Shown one piece after another: positions 1 to 10,174 of a stretch of DNA of 64,000 bases (the stretch's first letter is position 1; every line of letters begins with the position of its first letter). Both the position numbers and the translations under genes were made by a program. The notes under the pieces were generated by a model, which was not told the origin of the DNA, made no database searches, and worked only from the letters and a program-made list of their open reading frames with translations. The stretch is from a virus, in the IMG/VR virus record IMGVR_UViG_3300021505_000001, positions 32,001 through 96,000 of that record. One strand, given 5' to 3'.

Positions 1-1
1 T

Positions 2-136
2 ATACAGTTGGTAAAAGTAAAGATTCAGGAAGCCAGAAAGCGTCTTGGTGAGGATGTAGTTTCTAATATTGGAATTGTGGAAGTAAAGAAGAAGCACAAA
101 GGTTCTTTCAAGAAATTGGAATCTGAGGATTCTTAA
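2..136 (+). CDS. 3' end of a gene entering from the left edge (...IQEARKRLGEDVVSNIGIVEVKKKHKGSFKKLESEDS*)
   Basis: Open frame from position 2 to TAA at 134-136, followed by a terminator. Confidence 0.6.
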   Translation: MQLVKVKIQEARKRLGEDVVSNIGIVEVKKKHKGSFKKLESEDS

Positions 137-140
137 ACAG

Positions 141-174
141 AAAAAGGAGTTGCTAATTAAGCAACTCCTTTTTT
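141..174. terminator. Bidirectional intrinsic terminator
   Basis: AAAAAGGAGTTGC-TAATTAA-GCAACTCCTTTTTT between convergent genes. Confidence 0.85.
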
Positions 175-186
175 ATTGTGTGTAAT

Positions 187-1179
187 TTATGCTGATTCAC
201 CAGTAAGAGCATGTATAAATTGATTTGTTGTGCTTGAACATCCCGCAGGAACAATTCTACGGAACCATATAGGTATAGCTGATGGATGAGTACTAAATAC
301 TATAGTGTCTCCTGAAGCCCATGTTCCACCCCATCCGGCTGATTCAAGTGTAAAATAAGGGTGTCCTGAAAAATCAGGATTATCAGGAGAAAAATCAGTT
401 GATATATCTCCTGAACCAATATTGCCCACGATATTGCCAGAGCAAATAAATTGAGTGGAGTTACTAAAAGTTATTGTCCATTCTTGTTCTATACAACCAA
501 TATTATCAAGAATTGGAGGATGTGTAGTTTCATCATAAGTTCCTGAAGTAGAAGTTTCAGTCCAATTATCCCAACTTGTGTGAATATTTCCAACAGATAA
601 AACACTACTTACAACTGAATCGGAATTGTAATTATTATTTACCATATCACCTGTTCCGTTATCAAGAGTAATAGTTACTTGATCTCCTGATACAGAGACA
701 GTAATATTTTCATGAAACTCTTCATTTACTCCATCTCCTATCCATATAGAATCCCCATTCTGAAATATTTCAGAGGCTATTGAAGCACTTTCAACAGTAA
801 TATCAAATGAAGTTGCTCCAGCAGCTACATTGTTTGTCATCCAACCATTACCATAATGTCTTTCAGTACCAGTTAAATCATCCTCAACATCTGTTTGAGT
901 TCCAAGAAAGCATGTAACATAATCTTCTCCATTTGTGAATTGTCTTATGTAAATTTTAGAATCAAATAAAGTTCCATTTTCAGCATCGGCTACTTTCCAA
1001 AAAACTTTTCTAAGTTTTGTACTTCCAGTTTGTCTTTCACTATCAGGAACATCAGGAAAAATATTGTTTTTAAGACCTGATAAAGAAGGGTTACTTGTCA
1101 TGATTCCACCGTTTAAGCTAGAATCATCTACCATATATTGTGATTTATAAACCAAAAGTTCTGAGCTTGTAATTGGCAT
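187..1179 (-). CDS. Putative virion (tail-associated) structural protein
   Basis: 330 aa, S/T/G/D-rich beta-type composition, AAGGAG RBS, TAAAACATT motif upstream. Confidence 0.6.
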   Translation of the reverse strand: MPITSSELLVYKSQYMVDDSSLNGGIMTSNPSLSGLKNNIFPDVPDSERQTGSTKLRKVFWKVADAENGTLFDSKIYIRQFTNGEDYVTCFLGTQTDVEDDLTGTERHYGNGWMTNNVAAGATSFDITVESASIASEIFQNGDSIWIGDGVNEEFHENITVSVSGDQVTITLDNGTGDMVNNNYNSDSVVSSVLSVGNIHTSWDNWTETSTSGTYDETTHPPILDNIGCIEQEWTITFSNSTQFICSGNIVGNIGSGDISTDFSPDNPDFSGHPYFTLESAGWGGTWASGDTIVFSTHPSAIPIWFRRIVPAGCSSTTNQFIHALTGESA

Positions 1180-1329
1180 TTTTGTTTTCTCCTTATGTTA
1201 CAAAATTTAGTTTGTTTTTAAAGGCTTTTTACTTATAATGTTTTAAGAGAAATCAATTGAAAATCAAGTATAGACTTGTAATTTGGTTTTTTATTTATAA
1301 ATAATTATATTCTATCTTATGGAAATGAT

Positions 1330-1358
1330 TTGCATATTTATAAATAATTTTGTATGAT
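1330..1358 (+). promoter_or_regulatory. Sigma70-type promoter for the sigma-factor gene
   Basis: TTGCAT-17 nt-TATGAT. Confidence 0.5.
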
Positions 1359-1418
1359 GATTATATGACTAAAGAAGGTTCAATAAATTTTTCAGTATTA
1401 TAGGAGGTTTACATTATT

Positions 1419-2513
1419 GTGTCACTACAATATCAAATTGATATTAAAGAACAAACTTCTAATAATCATGGTGATCAAAGGGGTATATTTGTACAGGGTA
1501 ACGTAAATAAAAGACGTAGAAAACGAAAAGGTAAGAAAAAATTTAAATCTAAAATTCCAACTATTGAAAGAGTAATTTATATTCTTGAAACAGGTAAATT
1601 AAAAGATTTTACACATCCAAAAGAGGTTGATCCTTATTGGGGGAATTTATATAAACAGTATGAATATTTATGTTACATGAATTTTTATATAAGAAAGGTA
1701 CTAAAGCTATCAAAAATAAATAATCCAACAGTGTATATATGTAAAGATATAGAAATATTATTGTTACAAGTTGAAAAAATAAAGCAACGCCTTTTTAAAC
1801 ATATGATAAATGCTATGTTTATCATGTATGGTTCTGTGATACAATCCCGTTTTTATGGATGGAAAAAATATTCTGATGAGTTTACATCAGCATTTAATGA
1901 AATATCTGCATCGAATATAAAAAATATTCGTTTTGATATTGATAGAACTCGTTGTTCTGTGTATTTCTATCAGGCATTTTGGCTTAATGGTTTATCTATT
2001 ATAAAGAAAATATCAGATAGGTTAAAAAAGCAGTATGAAGATAACGAACAGATTTTTGCTAATAAAGAAAAAGCTTCACAGGATTATGAGAAAGAGTTTA
2101 GTGATTATATAGAAAATGAGACATCCAAATTTATTGATAATTTTAATGCATTAGAGAACAATAAAAGAAAGCGTATTTCTGTAGATACTGAAATAGAAAT
2201 GATAAAAGCTGAAGTTAGAGGAGAGTTACCAACAGTAAAAGAAAATGAAACTGATACTGAAGAGGAGTTGCTTAATGTAAGTAATAATGACTCTCAAGAA
2301 ATGTCTCCTACACAAAAACAAATTCTGTGTGAAAATGTTTTAAAATCTCTTCTTGAAAAATTAAACATAGATATAGATTATATATATGGTAGTAATACTA
2401 AGAATCTTGAATCACTAGTGAGGTTTATACGAAAGAAGATACGGAAAAATGAAATTGAGGTTACAAAAGATATGTTAAAACTACAGAATTTGTTTAGAAA
2501 AACTACTTTTTAA
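1419..2513 (+). CDS. Putative phage late sigma factor (T4 gp55-like region 2)
   Basis: SRFYGWKKYSDEF...IRFDIDRTRCSVYFYQAFW resembles the gp55/sigma region 2 pattern (F.GY...DE...FD......YF.Q); GGAGG RBS before GTG. Confidence 0.5.
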   Translation: MSLQYQIDIKEQTSNNHGDQRGIFVQGNVNKRRRKRKGKKKFKSKIPTIERVIYILETGKLKDFTHPKEVDPYWGNLYKQYEYLCYMNFYIRKVLKLSKINNPTVYICKDIEILLLQVEKIKQRLFKHMINAMFIMYGSVIQSRFYGWKKYSDEFTSAFNEISASNIKNIRFDIDRTRCSVYFYQAFWLNGLSIIKKISDRLKKQYEDNEQIFANKEKASQDYEKEFSDYIENETSKFIDNFNALENNKRKRISVDTEIEMIKAEVRGELPTVKENETDTEEELLNVSNNDSQEMSPTQKQILCENVLKSLLEKLNIDIDYIYGSNTKNLESLVRFIRKKIRKNEIEVTKDMLKLQNLFRKTTF

Positions 2514-3546
2514 TCTTTTTAGAAGCCCTTAAATTATTTTCATGTAAATAAAAAATGGGGTTTTCAGATACATAAGTTCCTGCTATTTTATCATAACTAG
2601 GTGTTTTTTTGCCTTCCCTCAAATTTTTTAATGTTTCCTCAACTGCTTTCATAGTTGACCCAGTAGTACTTGAATCATCAAGCAGGAAGTATTTAGCCTT
2701 AGCTATATCAGTAAATTTATTGAAATCACCATTTAAATATTTTTCTGTGAATCTTTCTTGAATATAATTTTCACGTAAATGAAAAGGAAATTTTTTTATT
2801 TGAAATTCTTTTTCACCAAGAGTTACCACTTTAATATCATGTGAGATTCTTGCTTTTAGATCATGTAAAGCTTGATACTTTTTTGGGTATCTTTTTTTAT
2901 TGGTTTTTTCAATTTCATTATTTATTTTTTCTAATTGTTTTTTGCGCCAAGCATTTATGCTGTCAGATAAATTTTTAGCAGTTTTACCCAATAATGTATT
3001 TTTAGATGTTTTCCCTTTTGTAACAGGAGGTAGTATAATATAATGGGAATCTGTTAATAATTCATGGAACCTTGGGTTTTCAAAGAATCCTTTTAATAAT
3101 TTGTTTGTATAGAAGTCTGTTAGTTTTTTGGGGGGAGAATCTTTTTCACGAGCAAGGATTTTTGTAATACTTTTATCATATTTATTGATTGTAACAACAT
3201 AGCTGTTTTTTATTTTTGAAAAAGAATAGAAAGGATTTAGGTGGGTTCCTACCTTTCTGGTAGCATCTTCCATCATACTCTTAAAAGTAATATCCTCTAC
3301 TTTTTTGGAAGTTGTTTTCTTTTTAGGGAGTATTTTGTTTATAAATTCATTTGGTTTCACGAGAGTTTTTTGAAACCATACAGATTTTTTGTAGCGGGGG
3401 TCTTTTGCTATATGAGGTAAGATTTTAGGGACTAATCTTGTTTTATCCCCTTTTTTCTCAAGGAAACGACTATGAAGGAGAGATGGAATCAACAAATTTC
3501 TTCCAGTTGTTAAATACTTTTTCTTTGTCCAAATTTTCACTGTCAT
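2503..3546 (-). CDS. Type I phosphoribosyltransferase-fold protein
   Basis: PRPP-binding loop YFLLDDSSTTGSTM near the C-terminus; start uncertain (overlaps upstream ORF). Confidence 0.55.
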   Translation of the reverse strand: MTVKIWTKKKYLTTGRNLLIPSLLHSRFLEKKGDKTRLVPKILPHIAKDPRYKKSVWFQKTLVKPNEFINKILPKKKTTSKKVEDITFKSMMEDATRKVGTHLNPFYSFSKIKNSYVVTINKYDKSITKILAREKDSPPKKLTDFYTNKLLKGFFENPRFHELLTDSHYIILPPVTKGKTSKNTLLGKTAKNLSDSINAWRKKQLEKINNEIEKTNKKRYPKKYQALHDLKARISHDIKVVTLGEKEFQIKKFPFHLRENYIQERFTEKYLNGDFNKFTDIAKAKYFLLDDSSTTGSTMKAVEETLKNLREGKKTPSYDKIAGTYVSENPIFYLHENNLRASKKIKK

Positions 3547-3970
3547 TGTTTATAATAGCCCCCATAATAGGGATATTTTTTTTCTCTGCTTTTTTAATAG
3601 TATCCCAAGTTCCTGAACTCGAAGATTTTGGAAAAGCCACGATAACATCTGAAGTATCAACAATTTTTGTATTTCTAATTGGTCCAGCGGCTCTACCAAT
3701 GTTTTTCCAATCAGCATTTATTACATACATAGGTAATTTTATTTCAGAAGCCCATCTTTCAGCCATAGAATCCACACCTTTAGCTCCACCACTAACTATA
3801 GCTATATTTTCTTTGTCTAACATAAAAGCTTCCCTTACAGCTAAGTAAACAGCAGAAAGTATACTATCAAACTCTTTAAAATTATTCCAACTACGAGACC
3901 CTGAAACACCAATAAAGAAAAATTTATCTTTATCTTTAGGAACTTTATTGAGAAGCTCTATTTTTTTCAT
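3470..3970 (-). CDS. SLOG superfamily (DUF2493/YspA-like) protein
   Basis: GVSGSR, IVSGGAKGVD, W...GRAAGPIRN, VAF...S.GT motifs. Confidence 0.85.
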   Translation of the reverse strand: MKKIELLNKVPKDKDKFFFIGVSGSRSWNNFKEFDSILSAVYLAVREAFMLDKENIAIVSGGAKGVDSMAERWASEIKLPMYVINADWKNIGRAAGPIRNTKIVDTSDVIVAFPKSSSSGTWDTIKKAEKKNIPIMGAIINNDSENLDKEKVFNNWKKFVDSISPS

Positions 3971-4024
3971 AAGTAAACTCCTTTTTAGTATTTTAGATAA
4001 ATATACTATAAAGTTTTAAGTTTA

Positions 4025-7000
4025 TCAAGTAAGAAATTCAATAACAGTTTCAGGGACATTAAAGTATTTGTAAATCAATAATGGTGTTCCACCGAGAGAT
4101 TTTATGTCTACAAGACTAGTTATTCTGGAAGAGGGTGTTAATATATTTGAAGTTAATTCTCCATCAATTTGTAAATCATAAGAATTTCTTTCATAAGTTT
4201 CAAATAAAGCTTCTATTTCTCCATCACTTAAAGGACGGTTATAGAGTCTCATTTCATCAAATCTACCACGAAAAAAAGGCAATTCATTCCCAGTAGCATT
4301 TCCTTTTCCAATCCATAATGACGAAGATGAATTTCGTGTAAAGTAAGCATTTGTACTAATCTTTAATGTACCATCAATGTATAGATAAGTAGCATCATTG
4401 TTTACTTGTTTATATACAACATGATGCCATCCATCACCTTTAAATTCAGAAGATAATACATCATTATTCTGTATATTTTTTACAAGTAAGTTATAACCAT
4501 CAAAATCATTACCAAATTTAAATTCAAGACTATTATCAAAATAACAGATATGTCTTGGATGAGTTATATTCTCTGAAACATTTGTTATATTAAACCAAAA
4601 TGATATTGTGTAGTCTGTATTCCTGTTACCAAAGATATTCATAGGAATTTCAGCCCATGATGTATCCCCATCAAATGCTATAGCTTGATATGGATGATAA
4701 TTTTTATCTGCGCAAGACCATGTTCCATAAGAGGTTCCATGCATTTTATTTCCAGATGAATCTACCATACTACCATTTGAAAAATGATATAAACCATCTA
4801 ATCCAAAGTAAAGATAGTATTTTGGAAAAACAGTTTGTATATCTACATCACTAAAATTAGCTATTTTCAGATAAAGGATTTGCGGTTCTTCAGGAGGAAT
4901 ACTTGTAATTTTTACTTCTATATATTTTCCATCCCATTCATCTATACTTCTTGGGTAGGAGTTATCTGTATTAATGGGAATAGTTTCATACATTTCAAGA
5001 GTATTTTGATTAAATACTCTGAAAGGTATTTTAGAAAAAATAGATGTTACTTCTTCAACATCTATTTGTATTTCAGCATCTTCTATCACTTTGGAACTGA
5101 GATTGATAATTTTTAGTTTATACATAGGTATATTAAGTGGTAAATCATAACTACTTATAGAAGGAGATGGGTTTGAATCTTCATATAAAAATGTTCTAAC
5201 AGTACTATTTGGTGGTACAGTAGGAAGTTTTACAACGGTGAATGGAATATATGTAGGATTCACTTTATATACTGGTTCAATTGAAGCACCACTATTCCCT
5301 GTCATAGTTGATGGGTCGGTAAAGTTACCAACAGTTAAAGTAATTAATTCACTGCTATTTGCAGGTATATTGGGCACTATTAATCTGGCTTTATTTGTAT
5401 CCCAATCATCTATGGAATCTGTTAATTCACCATTAGATGTTATTCCAGCTATTTCAACAGTGTTGCTATTAGAATCAACAGCAGAATATTCTACACCAAC
5501 GTTAGCTATATTTACATCAACAATATAATTTGTTAAAGCTGATGAATTATCATTAAAAACTTCAATAGTAAAAGATTGATAATCAGTAACTATTTGATGA
5601 TTAGAGTTTATATCATGTCCTATATATGCCCAATCAAGTAAGTTTGTTTTTTCATAGTCGTTATAACAATTAAATTGGTTTTGTTTATCAGTATAATTTC
5701 TGTAAGTAGATAGAATTATTGATAAATTTTCATATAAATGGATTTCATCATTTTTGTAAGTATATACACTTCCATAAGTATCAAAATCAGGAATATTACC
5801 AGCAACATCCAAACAAAACATTATCAGTTCAGATGAACGTTTAATGTCACCAGGAAGATTGTAGGGTTTAAATACAGCAGGTATTGTTCCTATTAAATCA
5901 TATTTTCTAACGGTAACAGCTTCAGTTTCCTGAGAATGGGCAGGTACTAATTTACCTGTACTATCCATCATAGATACATTATTTGAAAGGGATAAAGTAG
6001 TATGTAAAGATGTAATAGCCCCCCATTTAGTTATTTTTTCATCGTCAAATATAGGATAGATTTGTATTTCTGAAACAATTAAAGGCTTTTTAAAAGAAAT
6101 AATAGTGGTTCCTTGTTTTTGTTTCTTTATAATAGTTGTTGAATTGCCAATATTTTCAAGAACATCAACATTAACAGAATTAGTTTCGTCAAAATATGTA
6201 GTTATTATTCTTTCAGAAGCATAAAAAAATCCATTGCCATCTTTTATAGTTAACACCAGTTTTGTAGGTAAGTTATCCTCAGTAAAATCATTACTAAGAA
6301 AAGAAGGATATTCAGTTATTTCAATACTATCAATTTGTCTATTATTATAAGTAAATGTTATATTTGAATAAATTGGGTAACTCGGATCATATTCAACTCC
6401 AAATAACTGATTAGAAGGATAAGGAAGTGTTTTATCATTAAGAAGATTATTGACATCATTGAATCCATTTAAGGCATTTTTACAAGTAACCATTTTGGGT
6501 TTAACATTGTAGTACATTTTTTTAAAATCAAAATCAAAAAGATTATTTCCTTGTCTAGCTAAAATTGCTACAGGAAGATAATAATTTAGAAATAATAAGG
6601 AGGTTTGTATATTTTCAATATTATCAGGAAAAACAACAAAGTTTTCTTCTGAGCTTATTTCTTCCACATTATTATATAATGATGTATAAGCTACCATAGA
6701 TAAATTGTTGACTATGTCATCAACAATTAAATTTGTCCAAGAATCTCCTTCATTGTGTTTTACATAACCTTTTACTCCATCACCACCTGTTGTTTCTTCA
6801 TGCCTTATTATAAGTGGATAGTAACCTTTTTCTAAATCGATTGAACCACTTGCAGGATTGCTTAGAAAGCCCCCACTACCATATTTAGATGCTACAACCT
6901 GTCCATTAACTTCTATTTCGCATGCATCATTTCCGTTTATACCAAAGTACCAAGTTCCTGATAAAGGAATATATATTATACAGAAAAACATAGTACAGTA

Positions 7001-7597
7001 ATTATCCATAAAATTTGTTGGGAAAATATGAGTGCTATCTGTAATACCCATGGTATAGATATTATTAAAATCGAAACATTCGAGCATTTCTGTATGATTG
7101 TTTGGATGATTTTCTAATTTATTATGGCATATTAATGCAAAAAATCCTTCAGGAGCAACAATCATATCTTTATAATATGATAAATCATTGAAATTAATAG
7201 AAAAATAATATTCACTTGTCCCAGCAGATAAATCATTGCCAGTAAGAGTTGTTATAGTTGAAAAGCGTCCAAGTGGTTTTCCAATTCTTTTGGATATAGG
7301 TTCAAGAGATTTTAAGTCAGGGGTAACAAATACTGATTGGATAAGACTATCTTCTTGACTTTCATATATTTGAACAAATGATGGGGAATCTTCTTTATCA
7401 GTTCCTTTTGTTTTATTGAGATGTTCTGTTTCTCTAATTGGGACTATAACTAAATCATGGTCAACTATATTTGGCATTTTAGCTATAATTTCGATATCGC
7501 ACAGATTTATTTGACGTGTATGACTTCTGATATCAATATCAAACCCTCTTAATTCTGAGATAGTTAATTTAATTCCAGAGCTATATATTATTGACAT
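4025..7597 (-). CDS. Large virion protein with PA14-like domain and C-terminal LamG/ConA-like domain
   Basis: GTWYFGINGNDACEIEVNG...LEKGYYPLIIRHEE (PA14-like); FDGDTSW...TISFWF...WHHVV...FRGRFDEMRLYNRPLS (LamG). Confidence 0.75.
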   Translation of the reverse strand: MSIIYSSGIKLTISELRGFDIDIRSHTRQINLCDIEIIAKMPNIVDHDLVIVPIRETEHLNKTKGTDKEDSPSFVQIYESQEDSLIQSVFVTPDLKSLEPISKRIGKPLGRFSTITTLTGNDLSAGTSEYYFSINFNDLSYYKDMIVAPEGFFALICHNKLENHPNNHTEMLECFDFNNIYTMGITDSTHIFPTNFMDNYCTMFFCIIYIPLSGTWYFGINGNDACEIEVNGQVVASKYGSGGFLSNPASGSIDLEKGYYPLIIRHEETTGGDGVKGYVKHNEGDSWTNLIVDDIVNNLSMVAYTSLYNNVEEISSEENFVVFPDNIENIQTSLLFLNYYLPVAILARQGNNLFDFDFKKMYYNVKPKMVTCKNALNGFNDVNNLLNDKTLPYPSNQLFGVEYDPSYPIYSNITFTYNNRQIDSIEITEYPSFLSNDFTEDNLPTKLVLTIKDGNGFFYASERIITTYFDETNSVNVDVLENIGNSTTIIKKQKQGTTIISFKKPLIVSEIQIYPIFDDEKITKWGAITSLHTTLSLSNNVSMMDSTGKLVPAHSQETEAVTVRKYDLIGTIPAVFKPYNLPGDIKRSSELIMFCLDVAGNIPDFDTYGSVYTYKNDEIHLYENLSIILSTYRNYTDKQNQFNCYNDYEKTNLLDWAYIGHDINSNHQIVTDYQSFTIEVFNDNSSALTNYIVDVNIANVGVEYSAVDSNSNTVEIAGITSNGELTDSIDDWDTNKARLIVPNIPANSSELITLTVGNFTDPSTMTGNSGASIEPVYKVNPTYIPFTVVKLPTVPPNSTVRTFLYEDSNPSPSISSYDLPLNIPMYKLKIINLSSKVIEDAEIQIDVEEVTSIFSKIPFRVFNQNTLEMYETIPINTDNSYPRSIDEWDGKYIEVKITSIPPEEPQILYLKIANFSDVDIQTVFPKYYLYFGLDGLYHFSNGSMVDSSGNKMHGTSYGTWSCADKNYHPYQAIAFDGDTSWAEIPMNIFGNRNTDYTISFWFNITNVSENITHPRHICYFDNSLEFKFGNDFDGYNLLVKNIQNNDVLSSEFKGDGWHHVVYKQVNNDATYLYIDGTLKISTNAYFTRNSSSSLWIGKGNATGNELPFFRGRFDEMRLYNRPLSDGEIEALFETYERNSYDLQIDGELTSNILTPSSRITSLVDIKSLGGTPLLIYKYFNVPETVIEFLT

Positions 7598-7602
7598 TAT
7601 GA

Positions 7603-8490
7603 TTATTCCTCACTATTTTCGTTTTCTTTATTATCAGCAGAGTACATTTCTTCTATATAATTACTGATAGATGTAGATTCCATTTCTGAGTGTACTAATC
7701 CATACACACCACCAACAAGATTTAGTGCCATAGTCAAATATTGGTTGTAATCATAATCTTCTGAAATACCTTCTACATATAAAGGTTCTGCCATTTCACC
7801 AACAATTGTATTAAAATACCTAACTTCTTGTTTTGTATAACCTGTTTTTTTACAAGTATATAAGATTTTATTCCATGAAGGTTTATCAGAAAAATTTACA
7901 TAGAAACTATTTCCAAAACGGTTAATGTTTACTCCAGGAAATGGAAATAATGTTTGTAGCATTGCTATGACAGGAGTTCCAGCTTTGACATTAAGTTCAT
8001 AGACATGGTAATTTAAAACAGCGGGTATTTCCACTTTAAGTTTTAATTCATCAAAAATTTCTTTTACTGTCCATCCTTCTGCTCCATAGACATCATCTGT
8101 AGGGCGTACTTTTATTTGTAAATCAGGTTCATTTATAGAAGGTATTATTGCTTTTGGCATTAGAATATGACTGTATACAGCTAAGAGTCCATTGGGAATA
8201 GATCGAAACGAAAAAGATTTATTAATACGAACATAACTATCCATTTCTGATTTAACGAGATAAGTAATGCTTTGTTTTGTTACTAAATCTTGTTCTGAAA
8301 CAATAGATACTTCATTTTCTCCACCATTTGGTAGTGAGTTTCCGTAGAATGGGAGAAGCCAATCAACTCCAGAACGTATTTCTTCATATAAGGATTCACC
8401 TTGAGCTAAAACAACTGTAATTTGAACAGAGCCATCCTGTCTTTTTGATAGTTTTAATTTTTGAATTCTTTCTTTGTCAAAAACAGCCAC
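7603..8490 (-). CDS. Putative tail/baseplate protein
   Basis: 295-aa ORF in the structural block; function from context only. Confidence 0.45.
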   Translation of the reverse strand: MAVFDKERIQKLKLSKRQDGSVQITVVLAQGESLYEEIRSGVDWLLPFYGNSLPNGGENEVSIVSEQDLVTKQSITYLVKSEMDSYVRINKSFSFRSIPNGLLAVYSHILMPKAIIPSINEPDLQIKVRPTDDVYGAEGWTVKEIFDELKLKVEIPAVLNYHVYELNVKAGTPVIAMLQTLFPFPGVNINRFGNSFYVNFSDKPSWNKILYTCKKTGYTKQEVRYFNTIVGEMAEPLYVEGISEDYDYNQYLTMALNLVGGVYGLVHSEMESTSISNYIEEMYSADNKENENSEE

Positions 8491-8506
8491 AAATCATTCC
8501 CCCTCT

Positions 8507-8866
8507 TTATTCTTTATCTACTTTTATTTTCCATAAACCGAATAGATTTTGTCTATTGGTTGGCTTATAACGAGTTTCATTAAATATAAATCTATCAGAC
8601 ATTTTGACTTCTGGTAAATCTGTATCTTGTATATAAAAGTACATTTGTTGTTGAGTAGTTATATTATTGTTAGAAGAAACAATTTCTGGTTGTTCGCTAT
8701 AAATGCATGGCACAACTATTTCTTCATTATAGTCCTCTTCTGTAACCGGATCAAATGGGTTAGTAGATTGTTGAGAATCTATACGTATTACAGTAACAAG
8801 TGGATTCTCCTCTATTGCTCTCAATTTTGGAAAAACTTTGTCTAAAATTGAACGAATACTTTGCAT
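8507..8866 (-). CDS. Putative head-closure/head-tail joining protein
   Basis: 119 aa; size and beta pattern (SDRFIFNETRY) typical of head-closure proteins. Confidence 0.45.
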   Translation of the reverse strand: MQSIRSILDKVFPKLRAIEENPLVTVIRIDSQQSTNPFDPVTEEDYNEEIVVPCIYSEQPEIVSSNNNITTQQQMYFYIQDTDLPEVKMSDRFIFNETRYKPTNRQNLFGLWKIKVDKE

Positions 8867-8922
8867 TTTTATTTTATTCCTTGTAAATGGTTTATTTTTT
8901 AAATGTTTTCATATAAAATAAA

Positions 8923-9005
8923 AAAACCCTACTATTCAGAGCTATAGATAGAGGGCAATCCCCCAAAGGGGGATTGTCATATCTACAGATAAATAGTAGG
9001 GTTTT
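8923..9005 (-). terminator. Long interrupted hairpin followed by a T-run on the minus strand
   Basis: AAAACCCTACTATT...GGCAATCCCC-CAAA-GGGGGATTGTC...AATAGTAGGGTTTT. Confidence 0.7.
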
Positions 9006-9084
9006 ATGGTGGACATATCCACCAGTAAAAATAATGAGGGACGTATCCTCCAGTAAAAGATGGGAGACGTATCTCCCAGTAAAA
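9006..9084. repeat. Three tandem 25-nt hairpin units ATG-NNN-GAC(A/G)TATC-NNN-CAGTAAAA
   Basis: Units at 9006-9030, 9034-9058 and 9060-9084. Confidence 0.9.
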
Positions 9085-9085
9085 A

Positions 9086-10162
9086 CTAAAAAAGTCCTAT
9101 AAATTCCACAATTCCTAAAAATTGGTCTTTTGTATTTCCTTTTTTATAGATAGAACCCCTTCTGTAAAAAATAGCTTCTTCAGAAAATTCAGTAACAATA
9201 TTTTTAGTAACATGTCTCATACGAGCTTTCCATGTTCCTCTAGTATAAGATAGAATACCAATATAAAATTGGTTAGATGCTGAAAGCTGTTTTGGGACAT
9301 TGCGGTATTTAACACCTAAAGTTTTATTTCTCTTATGTTTTCCGTAGTGCCATAATTCTACACACCAACCATTAGTTTGACTTAATTTAAAGTTGCCTAT
9401 ATTTATTACTTCAAATGCATTTGCATAGTATTTATTTACTGTAAATTGGTAAGTTCCATTGTAAGATTTATAAGTAATAGAATATGCATTATCTTCAGTG
9501 AGGTAAGATAAGGAATCTAAATATCCATTCCAAATAATATTATTATCATCATAATGAAAACGTCTGACTATTTTTGTATTATTAACAGGATGATTATCAT
9601 TTCTTGTTAATCCTAATGAAGGGACAAAATCATTTTTGTATTCATAGTAGTATACATCAAATACATCTGAAGAATTAAAAGAGGTAATAATTTCAAGGCT
9701 TTCTCTAACATAATCTGAGGTTCCTGCATAGTTGTGGTTTGGTTTTTTGTAATCTGTTCCAGGAGTAAGAAGAGTATTATTTTTGAATACAAATACAAAT
9801 GTGAATTCATCCAAACCAGTTATGTTTGGTGGAGTATAATAAAAGAAATCTAATTTTAAATAATATTTTTTTGCATTAGAATATTTTATATCAGCACCAG
9901 TTTGTTTTGAGTGATACCATTTTATATTTTCAGATTTAATCCAATTATCAGGGCTATTGGATGGTGAATTTGATAAATCTCCTTCATCTGTAGGATTTAT
10001 AGTTATCCCCGGTTTAACTTGGTAGCTTCTTCCATTCCATATAACTTCATCAAAGGCATTATAGGTTTTAGTCTCATCAAAGATACCTATAGGGGATGCC
10101 ATATTGGCTCCAGTAATATCATTTATACATATTTGTCTCCCACGAATTTGAGTTTTACCCAT
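9086..10162 (-). CDS. Putative tail fibre/receptor-binding protein
   Basis: N-terminal module FDETKTY...V.W.G..Y.VK.G shared with 10704..12179; adjacent to a chaperone-like gene. Confidence 0.55.
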   Translation of the reverse strand: MGKTQIRGRQICINDITGANMASPIGIFDETKTYNAFDEVIWNGRSYQVKPGITINPTDEGDLSNSPSNSPDNWIKSENIKWYHSKQTGADIKYSNAKKYYLKLDFFYYTPPNITGLDEFTFVFVFKNNTLLTPGTDYKKPNHNYAGTSDYVRESLEIITSFNSSDVFDVYYYEYKNDFVPSLGLTRNDNHPVNNTKIVRRFHYDDNNIIWNGYLDSLSYLTEDNAYSITYKSYNGTYQFTVNKYYANAFEVINIGNFKLSQTNGWCVELWHYGKHKRNKTLGVKYRNVPKQLSASNQFYIGILSYTRGTWKARMRHVTKNIVTEFSEEAIFYRRGSIYKKGNTKDQFLGIVEFIGLF

Positions 10163-10174
10163 TGTGTAAAAATC

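Noticed and set aside
9006-9084. CRISPR mini-array
   Set aside because: Units are separated by only 1-3 nt, so there are no spacers, and no cas genes are in the window.
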